Below, piece by piece: positions 52,087-61,212 of a stretch of DNA of 64,000 bases; position 1 is the stretch's first letter, and each line of letters begins with the position of its first letter. The notes beneath the pieces were generated by a model, which worked only from the letters and a program-made list of their open reading frames with translations, did not search any database and had not been told where the DNA came from. Both the position numbers and the translations under genes were made by a program. This stretch comes from an uncultured delta proteobacterium (GTDB taxonomy: Bacteria; Desulfobacterota; Binatia; UBA9968): positions 230,948-294,947 of the forward strand of contig CAVUVW010000019.1 of NCBI GenBank assembly GCA_963745035.1, read 5' to 3'.

Positions 52087-52163
52087 GCGCCCGTAGCTCA
52101 ACTGGACAGAGCATCAGACTTCGGATCTGAGGGTTGGGGGTTCGAATCCCTCCGGGCGCGCCA
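52087..52163 (+). tRNA. tRNA-Arg (anticodon UCG)
   Basis: GCGCCCG acceptor stem, anticodon arm TCAGA-CT-TCG-GA-TCTGA, GGTTCGAATCC, encoded CCA. Confidence 0.95.
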
Positions 52164-52208
52164 TTCTTCAATAACTTAGCTATCATAACCTAAAGTCCAC
52201 CCAGCGGA

Positions 52209-52493
52209 TCAAACCGCGGCGCTGTTATCGCCGCCGTACAGTGCTCGACGCACAGCATCGCGATCGAGGTTGAGCACATCGCAGATCCATCGAAAACTGC
52301 CGACGTGCGTTTGACGTGAGCGAAGCCAGCACAGCGCCGCATTTCTCAAATTATCATCGCGTGAGCGTAGGTCCATCAGCGCGAGTTCTGTAACAGCCAC
52401 CCACAGATTTGGAAAATTGGCTGATAGATAAATAAGCGCTGCTACCAACGAGTTGGCTTCATCGGCAAAGAAAAAAATTATTTCACGCTTCAT
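52209..52493 (-). CDS. Small hypothetical protein, family A copy 1 (start uncertain)
   Basis: LWVAVTELALMDL..RNAALCWLRS...VGSFRWICDVLNLD..AVRRAL; paralog of 53547..53810. Confidence 0.6.
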   Translation of the reverse strand: MKREIIFFFADEANSLVAALIYLSANFPNLWVAVTELALMDLRSRDDNLRNAALCWLRSRQTHVGSFRWICDVLNLDRDAVRRALYGGDNSAAV

Positions 52494-52534
52494 CTGTGAC
52501 AAAGTACAATGTTCAAAAATTCCCCGGAGGCGCA

Positions 52535-52750
52535 ATGCAGTTCAAGACATTCGACAGTAAAATGATCGAGCCATCAAGCATCGAACACATTATGAAAGGC
52601 AGAATAACCGGAGTTCAAGGGACCTTGGTAAAACTAATAACGGGCGAAGAGGTACTCTTGCAGAACTCAGAGGAAGAAGTTGTGGAGGTATTGAACGCCG
52701 CCATCTTTGTCGGTCACACGGCGAGCCCCTCGCCGACTGACAAAGCTTGA
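52535..52750 (+). CDS. Small hypothetical protein (weak FlbD/SwrD-like pattern)
   Basis: GGAGG RBS; IEPSSIEHI..TLVKLITGEEVLLQNSEEEVVEVL. Confidence 0.5.
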   Translation: MQFKTFDSKMIEPSSIEHIMKGRITGVQGTLVKLITGEEVLLQNSEEEVVEVLNAAIFVGHTASPSPTDKA

Positions 52751-52771
52751 AAGCACAGGGGGATTGACTGA

Positions 52772-52945
52772 ATGGTCCACGTTGTGTGGTTGTTTCTTGG
52801 CGCCCTCGCGGTAGGTGAGTTTACAGGGTGGTTCGACAATAAGACGGTCATTGTGGTCACAATCGTAATCATATTTGCATTCCTCGGGTTCTTAGATCGC
52901 GACGCTGTCAAACTGATACGCCGACCTCGATCAGGCAAAAGTTAG
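52772..52945 (+). CDS. 57-aa two-TM membrane peptide (not in ORF track)
   Basis: MVHVVWLFLGALAVGEFTGWFDNKTVIVVTIVIIFAFLGFLDRDAVKLIRRPRSGKS; AGGGGG upstream. Confidence 0.5.
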   Translation: MVHVVWLFLGALAVGEFTGWFDNKTVIVVTIVIIFAFLGFLDRDAVKLIRRPRSGKS

Positions 52946-53265
52946 AATTGCCTGTTTGGCGGCGAGACATCGATAGCCGTCGAGCTTCGCCTCGTAGGTC
53001 CATTGGCCACCGTCCGGCAGCTCGCGCACGGGCAAGACTTGTATCGGCTCGATGAAGGCCGGGCTTGACCCGGGGCGAAGGGGAGAGTTCTTTCGTGATC
53101 ATGTTTAATCTTTAAAATTAACTGTTAGGGCGGCGCAGCGTAAATCAGCCAGAGAGCTTAACTCAGCGGGCCGGGCTCGAAAGGGTCCGGCTCGGGAAAT
53201 TCAAGACCGGCTGGAGTATCATCTTCCTGACATGAGGAGCAGCCAAATGAAAGGAGAGGGACCAC

Positions 53266-53550
53266 GTGCATCAGACAATTGATCAAATGAGGGAGATCCT
53301 CGAACCAGACGCCGCCGACGAGTACACGGTGAGCAAAGAAATGCTACAAGCTTGGCTTGAGGAAGTCGAGCGCCTGAGAAGAGAGGAAAATAAAGCGACA
53401 GAAGACCAAGAGAAGTCTCTCAGTAAGACGGGAGCCCGAAATATTGTCAATAAGATGAGGCAACTGGTCGAACTTTGCTACTACAGAAAGAAGGATGAGA
53501 TCGAGACGGTAGAAGAAATGATTGAGCTTCTGAAAAGGAGTGATGTTTAA
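53266..53550 (+). CDS. Hypothetical helical protein
   Basis: GGAGAGGG RBS before GTG; 94 aa. Confidence 0.5.
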   Translation: MHQTIDQMREILEPDAADEYTVSKEMLQAWLEEVERLRREENKATEDQEKSLSKTGARNIVNKMRQLVELCYYRKKDEIETVEEMIELLKRSDV

Positions 53551-53810
53551 CTCGTGTTGGACCGACTCTCGGATTCTCCGACTGCGCGGAGCACCGGCGG
53601 TATGTGTTGTTGCGTCAGATTGTGTTGCAACCCGCGGCGCAGATAAGCCGGCTCAACGCCAACGTGATGACAAATCCAATTGAAGCTGCCGACATCGCGG
53701 TTAGTGGAGGTGATCCAGTTGAATGCGTCTAGCCGGGTAGCGTCGTTTTCCAAGTCTGCGAATGCAAGCGCGAGGACGGCAACCCACATTTCACTGTCTT
53801 GTGGATACAT
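53547..53810 (-). CDS. Small hypothetical protein, family A copy 2
   Basis: MWVAVLALAFADL..RLDAFNWITS...VGSFNWICHHVGVE..YLRRGL. Confidence 0.65.
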   Translation of the reverse strand: MYPQDSEMWVAVLALAFADLENDATRLDAFNWITSTNRDVGSFNWICHHVGVEPAYLRRGLQHNLTQQHIPPVLRAVGESESRSNTS

Positions 53811-54548
53811 TGCTGCTTACCATAACAGAGCTAGGGAATGGCAGAAAGGAATTTTATGAAAGAAACCTTTGAACGCGTAGTTGAGTGCCGCGGCGGAGTG
53901 GACGTGCCGATCAAGCACCTCTAGCGGCGCTCAAGCAGAGCCTGGACAAAGCCAAGCCGCAGCCGAAGGCGGAACGCGGCGGGCGCAAAAAAGCGCGGGG
54001 AGGATCGTGAAATATATCGACATTGTTTTCGAGGACACTCGCCAAGGTGTTGAAGTGCCCTCCCTGCTTCCCCCTCCCAAGAGCAGATTTCTGCTTGAGA
54101 TGGAACTGAACGACGCTTCAATGTGATGCCGCACGAGATTGCGTTGATGGAGATTTCAGTTCAATCCTAGCATCACAGAAGACCCCGGGGCCCGCTGATT
54201 AAGAGTCAGTTCAAACGCAGATCAGAGCGGAACATCAACAAGAAAAGCCAATAATTCTAACGCTCATCTCCCAGGGCGTTAGGCAATGGAATATGATTGT
54301 TCTGCTCTGGTTCTGGCACAGAACGAGCACAACCACGCCGATTGATTTCGCTCCCGACCGCGTCCTTCAAGACAATAAACGATAAAAAGGCTATACGTTC
54401 AGCGAGTCGCGCGGCGACTCAGAATGCCATCGGCGACAAGCTGGTAAACTGTTAAGTGAGCTGCATAAGCCATGACGCGTGGACAACGTGAACTAAAAAA
54501 TGAGCCGCTTAGGGACGGGATGGAGCCTAAAAAATTGGCCCGAAATTA

Positions 54549-54860
54549 TTACAGCGTATCCGACAAATCTAAATCGCCGATGTCCGCGATTGGAGTGCCG
54601 ATACGTGTCCGTAGGAAATTAGCTATGTGTGCACAGAAAGCGGCGTCATCAAATAGAAGCGAACCTACGTAAGGCTTGCCATTGTGGGCGATGTGCAAAT
54701 AACATCGCGTGCCCCGTTTCATGTTGAGAATACCGAGGCTTGTCAATACTCCGATTTCACCCATTAGCGTTCGGTTATCGTCGTTGTATTTTTCAATCCA
54801 GACCGGCGGCCAATTTCTCATGTTGTGGTAACGCATCAAGGGATGGTCACGCAGCTTCAT
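54549..54860 (-). CDS. Hypothetical protein, family B copy 1
   Basis: MKLRDHPLM..NWPPVW..GEIGVL..YVGSLLFDDAAFC..IADIGDLDLSDTL. Confidence 0.75.
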   Translation of the reverse strand: MKLRDHPLMRYHNMRNWPPVWIEKYNDDNRTLMGEIGVLTSLGILNMKRGTRCYLHIAHNGKPYVGSLLFDDAAFCAHIANFLRTRIGTPIADIGDLDLSDTL

Positions 54861-55029
54861 AACCGCGTTAGATAACAATCGGATTCCGTTGTCAAACCCC
54901 GGTTTAACATCGGGAATATTTCTATACGCTATGAAAACCGTGGCGCAACAGATAACAACCCGGGGACACAGGGAAGCCGCTTCAAATTATTTATGCCCAC
55001 CTTACTAGACCCGAGTATTTGTGATGTAG

Positions 55030-55347
55030 TTGGAGTCAGTGGAACTCCGCAATCACCCGCTGATGTGTTACTATGGCCTTCGTTGCTGGCCTCCGAACTG
55101 GAGTCCAATCGAAGAGCCTAAAAATAAGTGCATCACGGGAGAAGTCGGCGTACTAAAACGGGTGTCCTATTCCTCAATGGCGGGCTATGCCTGCCACTTG
55201 TACACCGAATATGAAGGCCGAAATTACATAGGCACACTTCTCATAGATGATGCCGCGTTTTGTCGGCAGCTCTTCTTTGCGCTGCATCACCATACGAACC
55301 TCTCAATGGAAGAGATCGGCTCCTTAGATATGTCCTATACTCTCTAG
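55030..55347 (+). CDS. Hypothetical protein, family B copy 2
   Basis: LRNHPLM..CWPPNW..GEVGVL..YIGTLLIDDAAFC..MEEIGSLDMSYTL. Confidence 0.75.
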   Translation: MESVELRNHPLMCYYGLRCWPPNWSPIEEPKNKCITGEVGVLKRVSYSSMAGYACHLYTEYEGRNYIGTLLIDDAAFCRQLFFALHHHTNLSMEEIGSLDMSYTL

Positions 55348-55373
55348 CAGATTTTCCTGCCACGCTTACAACC

Positions 55374-55701
55374 ATGTCTATTCGGGCTGTGCAGCTTCGT
55401 GATCACCCGCTAATGACCCGCAAAAGCGGTGTCCCGACTTGGCCGCCGAGATGGACAACGACGCGCCTCGACGTTAACGACTTGCCGACCGTCGAAGTCG
55501 GATTTCTTGAACGTGCGACGATGCACGAGCTCTTCGATAAACAAAATTTTTCTGTTTATCGAACATCAAGGCTTTCGATATGTAGGTTCGATGCACTTCG
55601 ACGATCCCCGGTTCTGCTCACAAATTTTCACGATCCTGCAAGCAAACGTTGACCGCTCCATCAAAGACATCGGCGACTTGGATTTATCGCATACGCTCTA
55701 A
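55374..55701 (+). CDS. Hypothetical protein, family B copy 3 (frameshift ~55538)
   Basis: MSIRAVQLRDHPLM..TWPPRW..EVGFL / KIFLFIEHQGFRYVGSMHFDDPRFC..IKDIGDLDLSHTL. Confidence 0.72.
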
Positions 55702-55888
55702 CCTCCCAAGAAACACGCTACAACCTCTAAAGCCCGACTCGACTTGTCGGGTTTCCGACATTTCACTTTTCATTGGACACTTGGGCTTATTAAGCCTAGA
55801 GTCTGATTCCAATATCCGTTTGAGCTTATCCCGCCGGGGCCGCAGGACCGGGAGCCCGAACCCTAGCCAATAGGGGAAGGAGTCCTGC

Positions 55889-56059
55889 ATGCCTCAATCC
55901 ATTCTAGAACTGTTGGAGCAGAGCCGAAAACTAATCGAACAATCCCGTGCGCTTCGTGAGGCCGTGGAAGAAACCAAATCGGACTCAATACGTGCCGTCG
56001 CCCATGCAAAAGCGATTAGGGATTCAATGATCGAGCAAGAGAAACGTAAGCGGAAATAA
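55889..56059 (+). CDS. 56-aa coiled-coil peptide (not in ORF track)
   Basis: AAGGAG RBS; MPQSILELLEQSRKLIEQSRALREAVEETKSDSIRAVAHAKAIRDSMIEQEKRKRK. Confidence 0.5.
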   Translation: MPQSILELLEQSRKLIEQSRALREAVEETKSDSIRAVAHAKAIRDSMIEQEKRKRK

Positions 56060-56365
56060 CCCCATCGCTCGGGTTCGGTCAATGTTCAATCAATAAAAAA
56101 GGGGCGAGCCTTTCGGTCGCCCCCTTCGGGCGTTCAAAACCAGTTACCACTGGGAAAACACCCCGCCCCCTGGAACCCGCAGAGTTTAAGCTGTTAGGCA
56201 GTGGCTTGTCTACAGAAAACTGAGGAGGGCCGGGTGAAAGGAAGAAAGAATCGCCCCAACATCCGGCGCCCGCTCCGGGCATGAGCTCACCGGGACCGCC
56301 GCCGCCGGATTTTAGCCAGGGAATGCAGACTGGCGAGCGGCGAACTTGCTCAACAATTGTAAGCC

Positions 56366-56395
56366 AAAAAGCCCCGGCTCATCCGGGGCTTTTTT
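56366..56395. terminator. Bidirectional intrinsic terminator
   Basis: aaaaagccccgg-ctcat-ccggggctttttt. Confidence 0.75.
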
Positions 56396-56493
56396 ATGCT
56401 CGCGGTCTTTCCTCTCGGTCAAACGTTCGAAAAAGTTTGAAGTCGGCAGCCTCGCCAGCAAGGAAGACGTGTCCCTCTTCCCCTGCCGACACG

Positions 56494-56524
56494 AAAGGCG
56501 CTCAGCCCCCTGGGCGCCTTTTTT
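56494..56524 (+). terminator. Intrinsic terminator
   Basis: aaaggcgctcag-ccc-cctgggcgcctttttt. Confidence 0.7.
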
Positions 56525-56711
56525 ATTCCCGCGCTCGGCTTGCCCATGCGCGATGCCGATCCGGAATTTTCTCAGCCATAAAGGACTTGTCACGGAAGAA
56601 GTAGCGACTCCATACCCGATCTATCTCACCTTGAAGCGTTAACGCAACACCAGTGAAGAAAAGTTCACTATTGGACAGAATATATAAGAGCTCCCGGATT
56701 ATAGAAAAAGA

Positions 56712-56936
56712 ATGGAAGAAGTTTACCAACAATATCTAATCCGGGCGGCTGCTGCAGTACTTCGGACCGCCATCGGATTTAAACCCATGGCGCAAGTCAA
56801 CTGGAACGAGGACGGCAAGGAACGCGTTAGGCTTTGGATGGAATGGCACTTCGCTGAAAAATTTGCCACGTACGACGAAGCGGAAAAAGAAGCTCTGCGG
56901 TTTGCGAAAAATTGGGTTGACGAGCGCCGGAGATAA
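56712..56936 (+). CDS. Small hypothetical protein
   Basis: 74 aa ending FATYDEAEKEALRFAKNWVD; protein-like composition. Confidence 0.55.
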   Translation: MEEVYQQYLIRAAAAVLRTAIGFKPMAQVNWNEDGKERVRLWMEWHFAEKFATYDEAEKEALRFAKNWVDERRR

Positions 56937-57449
56937 CGCCAGTTTAAGCCCGCGGATGCGAGTTGCTGTGCGTGCTTTTCACCTTCCGGATCGCGACCAT
57001 GGCATAAATCTCCGTTGTCTGAATGCTCGTATGACCACGCCGGCCGCGCGCCTCTGCATGAAGCCGAGCTCAGCGACCGCGTAGCCGTGCCGCAGGCACA
57101 GATCGACGTGGTGATCGAGAAACTGCTGGCGGGCGCCTGCTGCTGCGCGCCGTCGAGCCGCCGGGCATCGGTCTGGCGCGGGCGCCCGAGAGCGTCTCCG
57201 GCTGCGGAAATTCTCGAGACCATGCGCGGCGAGTGTCCACGAGGGTGCTTTTTTGAATCTTGGATATCGCTACGAATTCTTCTTTAATCGGATTGAGACG
57301 ATCGACGATAATTCTACCAAGGGCAATCACGTCTTCACCGTCGGCATTGGCTTTAATTGGGGTGGTACGAAGTAATTGACATGCGGGAAGCGACAGCCCT
57401 CAGCAAAGATCGTGCGCTCTAACCCCCTTCCCGATTTTTGCGCCCGCAC

Positions 57450-57478
57450 GTAGGGGGCGACCAAACGGTCGCCCCCTA
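57450..57478 (+). repeat. GTAG-family REP
   Basis: GTAGggggcgacc-aaac-ggtcgcccccta. Confidence 0.65.
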
Positions 57479-57898
57479 AACTCCAAAAATTCAATCCCTA
57501 AATTTCGCGTCTGTGGTTTATCTAGCGTGCGCGAGCATCCGCTCCCGGGCTTGCGCTACGGACCCATAAAAGTGAATAACAACCGGCCGCTAGATCAAAT
57601 AGAAATCGGGAGCCTGTTAACGGCAAACCGTCCGAAGGGATGGGCGCGATCGCGCGAGATCGATTTACGAAGCGGGTTTTGGCCAAAGAGGAGCGCTAAA
57701 AGCTCTCAGCTCTTTTTTTCATTTCTTTGTCGGATTTTGAAGTCGATCTTAACTCTCGGCGTTCTTCGCGATCTGATATTACCGTCACCACGATCGCAAG
57801 GAGAATTAGGAAGGCGATGGTAATAATTATCGGTAGCATTCGGCTCCTCCGCGGCTCAAAAAGTTAACCGGATAAATAGCAGCTAGTCGACCAACAAT

Positions 57899-57965
57899 CA
57901 ACTATATATTGTGTTGGATAGGCTTATAAACACTATATGTCGTGGTTATCAACACGTTATCCACT
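57899..57965. promoter_or_regulatory. Tandem NrdR-like boxes plus DnaA-like boxes
   Basis: caaCtATATaTtGtgt (57899-57914) and acaCtATATgTcGtgg (57930-57945), 31 bp apart; TTATCAACA (57946-57954) and TTATCCACT (57957-57965). Confidence 0.6.
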
Positions 57966-58828
57966 CGATGATTTAGCGATTAAATTGCAATAATACAGCT
58001 AGTTAGAACCTTAATCTTTATTTATGCTCTAAGTAGCAAAGCGTACTTAGGGGTCCTTAGCTATGCTCAAGATAGCCACGGCCGTCCCAAGGAGCCCAAG
58101 GATTTTTTAAGAAATTTATAAGGTTCCGGCGAAGGCGTCGTGAGTTTCAAATAACAAACATGAGCGTCGTGTTTTGAGAGCGTGCGAAAACCCACCCGAA
58201 TACCAGATCACGGAACTCCCAAGAGCTTGTCCAATCGAACAACGCCCTGCTATTAATCGAAGTCGGGCGCCATGTGATGATGGCCGAATTAGCTGACCTC
58301 GAATGTGCAAAGAGCTACCTCAAGCGCAGCTTCCTTAACCTCGTAGATCTGATCGTCGGAAAAGTAGCGCAAGCAATTCAGGCAGTCGGCCATCCAGTGA
58401 TGAGCGATCTACTCTGCAACTGGCGCTTTAAATTGAATTTAGCGATTTCCATTTTTCTTTGTGGTGCGTTGTTTTGTACTAGCAGCTTCTAAGTATTTCG
58501 CGAAATTTTCATGGCGCCCCGTGGAGTCTCTACCAAGCTTCTCTGAAGCTGGAGTTGACTATTAGCGTAATTTCGCTTGAGCCAGACCAGATGCCAGAAG
58601 AGGCGATGGAAAAAATTTCCGCAGGAGTTCGTCACGCATGAAAACATTTCACGAAGCTTGGCATAGATTGAAAGAAAAAAAGACCCGGAAATGAAAAGTC
58701 AGTTCATATCGGCGCTACCGATTCAGCATGTTCCGCCCGAGGGCGGTTCAGAATTGATCCATTTTTCCGTGCAATAGCGGCAACTAATGTCAGAAAAACG
58801 ACAGTTCCAGACGGTGGAGAAAGCCGCC

Positions 58829-59053
58829 TCACTGATCCGGAGAGACGCGTATACGACAGGCGGCGCCGTGGAAGAACTTCTCTACCCAGGCGCACAGACT
58901 CAGAGCCGGATCAACATCACAACGAAGGATGAGCTGCTGCCTTTCTTCATCGATCAGACCGCTCATCAGAAGTTTATACTCCGGGCCGTCCTTTCGGCAT
59001 TTCGTCTCAATACTTCGGTAGAGATCGATCGGAATAGTGACCAGCGCCTTCAT
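58829..59053 (-). CDS. Small hypothetical protein
   Basis: MKALVTIPIDLYRSIETKCRKDGPEYKLLMSG..; AAAGGTGG upstream; preferred over the overlapping + ORF. Confidence 0.4.
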   Translation of the reverse strand: MKALVTIPIDLYRSIETKCRKDGPEYKLLMSGLIDEERQQLILRCDVDPALSLCAWVEKFFHGAACRIRVSPDQ

Positions 59054-59932
59054 CGTCTTACCACCTTTCCGCAAGAACGAGGAAGAATTAGCGGAGAAGC
59101 CTAGAGTCTCGCGCCGATTGGAGCGCAACGCAACCACGCTAGTGATGAATTTTACGTTACCGAAGGCTGGTCAAAGTTGATGGCGAATGACCCTCCAATG
59201 ACGCCATTGGAAAAAGCGGTCTGGGAGTTTCTCAGAGCGATTCGCCGGGCTGGAGAACTTGGTCAGGCGCAAGATCATCATCGTGCGGTTTAATCTTAAA
59301 ACGCCCGACTCTAGCCGTTTTCGGATAGGGTCTTGCGGGATACTGTTTTGGTGCTGGTCAATGTCTATACGAAGGCGATCTGCACCAGCTTGGCGCGTGG
59401 ATACTTCATTCACCCGGACAGCGTCTGAAAAAAAGTGGCGCAACTATCTCGGCTCGTGCTTGCCGAAGTCGGCGATCTCTTCCGTGCGCTCGATGAAGCG
59501 GATCCGCTGTAGGAGAAGTTGTTTTAATTTCGGGATGATTAGTTTCGCGCCGAATTTGTCCTGTGCCGCTGCATTGTGTGCAGTCCGCTTCAGAAAGCGC
59601 ATGCGCCGAATCCAACCGTTTCCGTGGCAAACGGTGCAGACAAAGGGCGACGACGCCGAAAATCGCCGCCCATGACCACAGCCTATCAAGATCCCAATGG
59701 CTTTGAAGAGGAAAGCGTAAAGTTTTATGTGAAACTATGAAGCATCCGGCGGTATATTATTTACAGAACCGAGTGATCCGCGCGGCGCGGAAGCCCGAAG
59801 AGTCAGGCTTCTCCGCCTTGCTGTTTTTTATAATTATGGATTAAGTGGGACTTCGGATCTGAGGGTTGAGGTTCGAATCCCTCCGGGTGCGCCATCTAAC
59901 TCTCTGTCTCAATTGCAGACTCCGCTCTGATT

Positions 59933-60361
59933 ATGGCATCCGGAAAAAGCTCGACTATCAACGTCGTCGCCGGACTCATCTGGAGAGATGGCAAATTGCT
60001 TGTTTGCCAGCGGCGCGTGGGTGGTGCTTTTCCGCTCAAGTGGGAATTTCCCGGGGGTAAGGTCGAGGAAGGAGAGACCGATATCGACGCCCTAAGGCGT
60101 GAGTTGCGGGAGGAACTCGCGATCGATGTACGCGGCGCGACGTTGATTTACCGGCACAATCATCGCTACGTGGGGGGCCCGGCGGTTTCTCTGCGGTTTT
60201 ACAATGTTTATGACTGCCGCGGCGAGGCAAACAATGTGATTTTTGAAAAAATATCCTGGGTCAAGTTGACTGATCTTGAGCACATGGATTTCCTTGAAGG
60301 CGACCGATCGTTTATTCAAAAGATCTCATCCGAAGGACCATCGATGCTGCTACGCAGGTGA
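59933..60361 (+). CDS. MutT/NudG-like Nudix pyrophosphohydrolase
   Basis: KWEFPGGKVEEGETDIDALRRELREELAI. Confidence 0.9.
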   Translation: MASGKSSTINVVAGLIWRDGKLLVCQRRVGGAFPLKWEFPGGKVEEGETDIDALRRELREELAIDVRGATLIYRHNHRYVGGPAVSLRFYNVYDCRGEANNVIFEKISWVKLTDLEHMDFLEGDRSFIQKISSEGPSMLLRR

Positions 60362-60579
60362 AAGCTGAGTCTCCCTTTTCGCATCCTCGACCGTCTACGT
60401 AATTGCGCCCCGTACTTAAAAGCAGACCTTCACTTCCTTCAGGATGACGGTTCTCGTCACGCGCTATTTTCCTACAAACCGGGCGGACTCACTAAATAGG
60501 GCTCTTGCCGTCCACTCGGTTGAATTGACAGTATCGGGCGGTGCGGCTATCCTATGCCCGGTTTGGGAAAAACCACTCG

Positions 60580-61188
60580 ATGCCGATACGAAAACTCATC
60601 AGCTCCGTGATCTTTTCTTGGGCCGTGCTTGGATTTGCCTCAGCGGTTTTCGCCGATGTTTACATGTATACGGACAGAAACGGCGTGTTGACCTTTACCA
60701 ACGCGCCCAATCACGGCGGCTATCGACGAGTTCTTAGGTCCGCGACGAGCTTGTCAGCGGGACGCCATACCTATGCTTCTTATGATGATCTGATCCTTAC
60801 GGCATCGGGACGCCACAGCGTCGATGCCGACTTGATCCGCGCAGTCATCAAAACCGAATCGGATTTCAATCCGGGCGCCCGTTCGCATAAGGGAGCAATG
60901 GGACTCATGCAGCTCATGCCGGACACGGCGCGCTTGCATAGCGTCGTGAATGCCTATGATCCGGTCGAGAACGTCGAAGGCGGCGTAAGACATCTGCGCA
61001 TGCTGCTCGATCGCTACCAAGGCAATCTCGAGCTCTCTCTCGCGGCATACAATGCCGGCAGCGGCGCGGTCGAAAAACATCGTGGTATCCCACCGTTCGC
61101 CGAGACAAAAGAATATGTGCGGCGCGTTCTACGGTTTTATGATTCGTACCGCGGCGAGGGAGTGCAAGTCGTAAACGCCGTTCGCTAG
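60580..61188 (+). CDS. Lytic transglycosylase (SLT domain with DUF4124-like N-terminus)
   Basis: AVIKTESDFNPGARSHKGAMGLMQLMPDTA, LAAYNAG, GIPPFAETKEYV. Confidence 0.92.
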   Translation: MPIRKLISSVIFSWAVLGFASAVFADVYMYTDRNGVLTFTNAPNHGGYRRVLRSATSLSAGRHTYASYDDLILTASGRHSVDADLIRAVIKTESDFNPGARSHKGAMGLMQLMPDTARLHSVVNAYDPVENVEGGVRHLRMLLDRYQGNLELSLAAYNAGSGAVEKHRGIPPFAETKEYVRRVLRFYDSYRGEGVQVVNAVR

Positions 61189-61212
61189 TAAGCGCTTCAC
61201 GAGAGCCCGCCC

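Larger units (their letters stand above)
52117..59895. mobile_element. ~7.7 kb genomic island in tRNA-Arg; attL 52117-52164, attR 59849-59895; no integrase inside
   Basis: tRNA 3' half from the anticodon arm to CCA is repeated at 59849 with two substitutions and one indel; interior is lower-GC with short ORFs. Confidence 0.88.

Noticed and set aside
59171-59700. Overlapping ORFs near attR
   Set aside because: All frames are interrupted and none gives a recognisable protein
52164-59848. Integron cassette array, CRISPR array, retron or DGR
   Set aside because: ORFs are in mixed orientation with no recurring attC-like RYYYAAC...GTTRRRY sites; no repeat-spacer periodicity; no reverse transcriptase
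59849-59895. Additional tRNA gene
   Set aside because: Only the 3' half is present; it is the attR duplication
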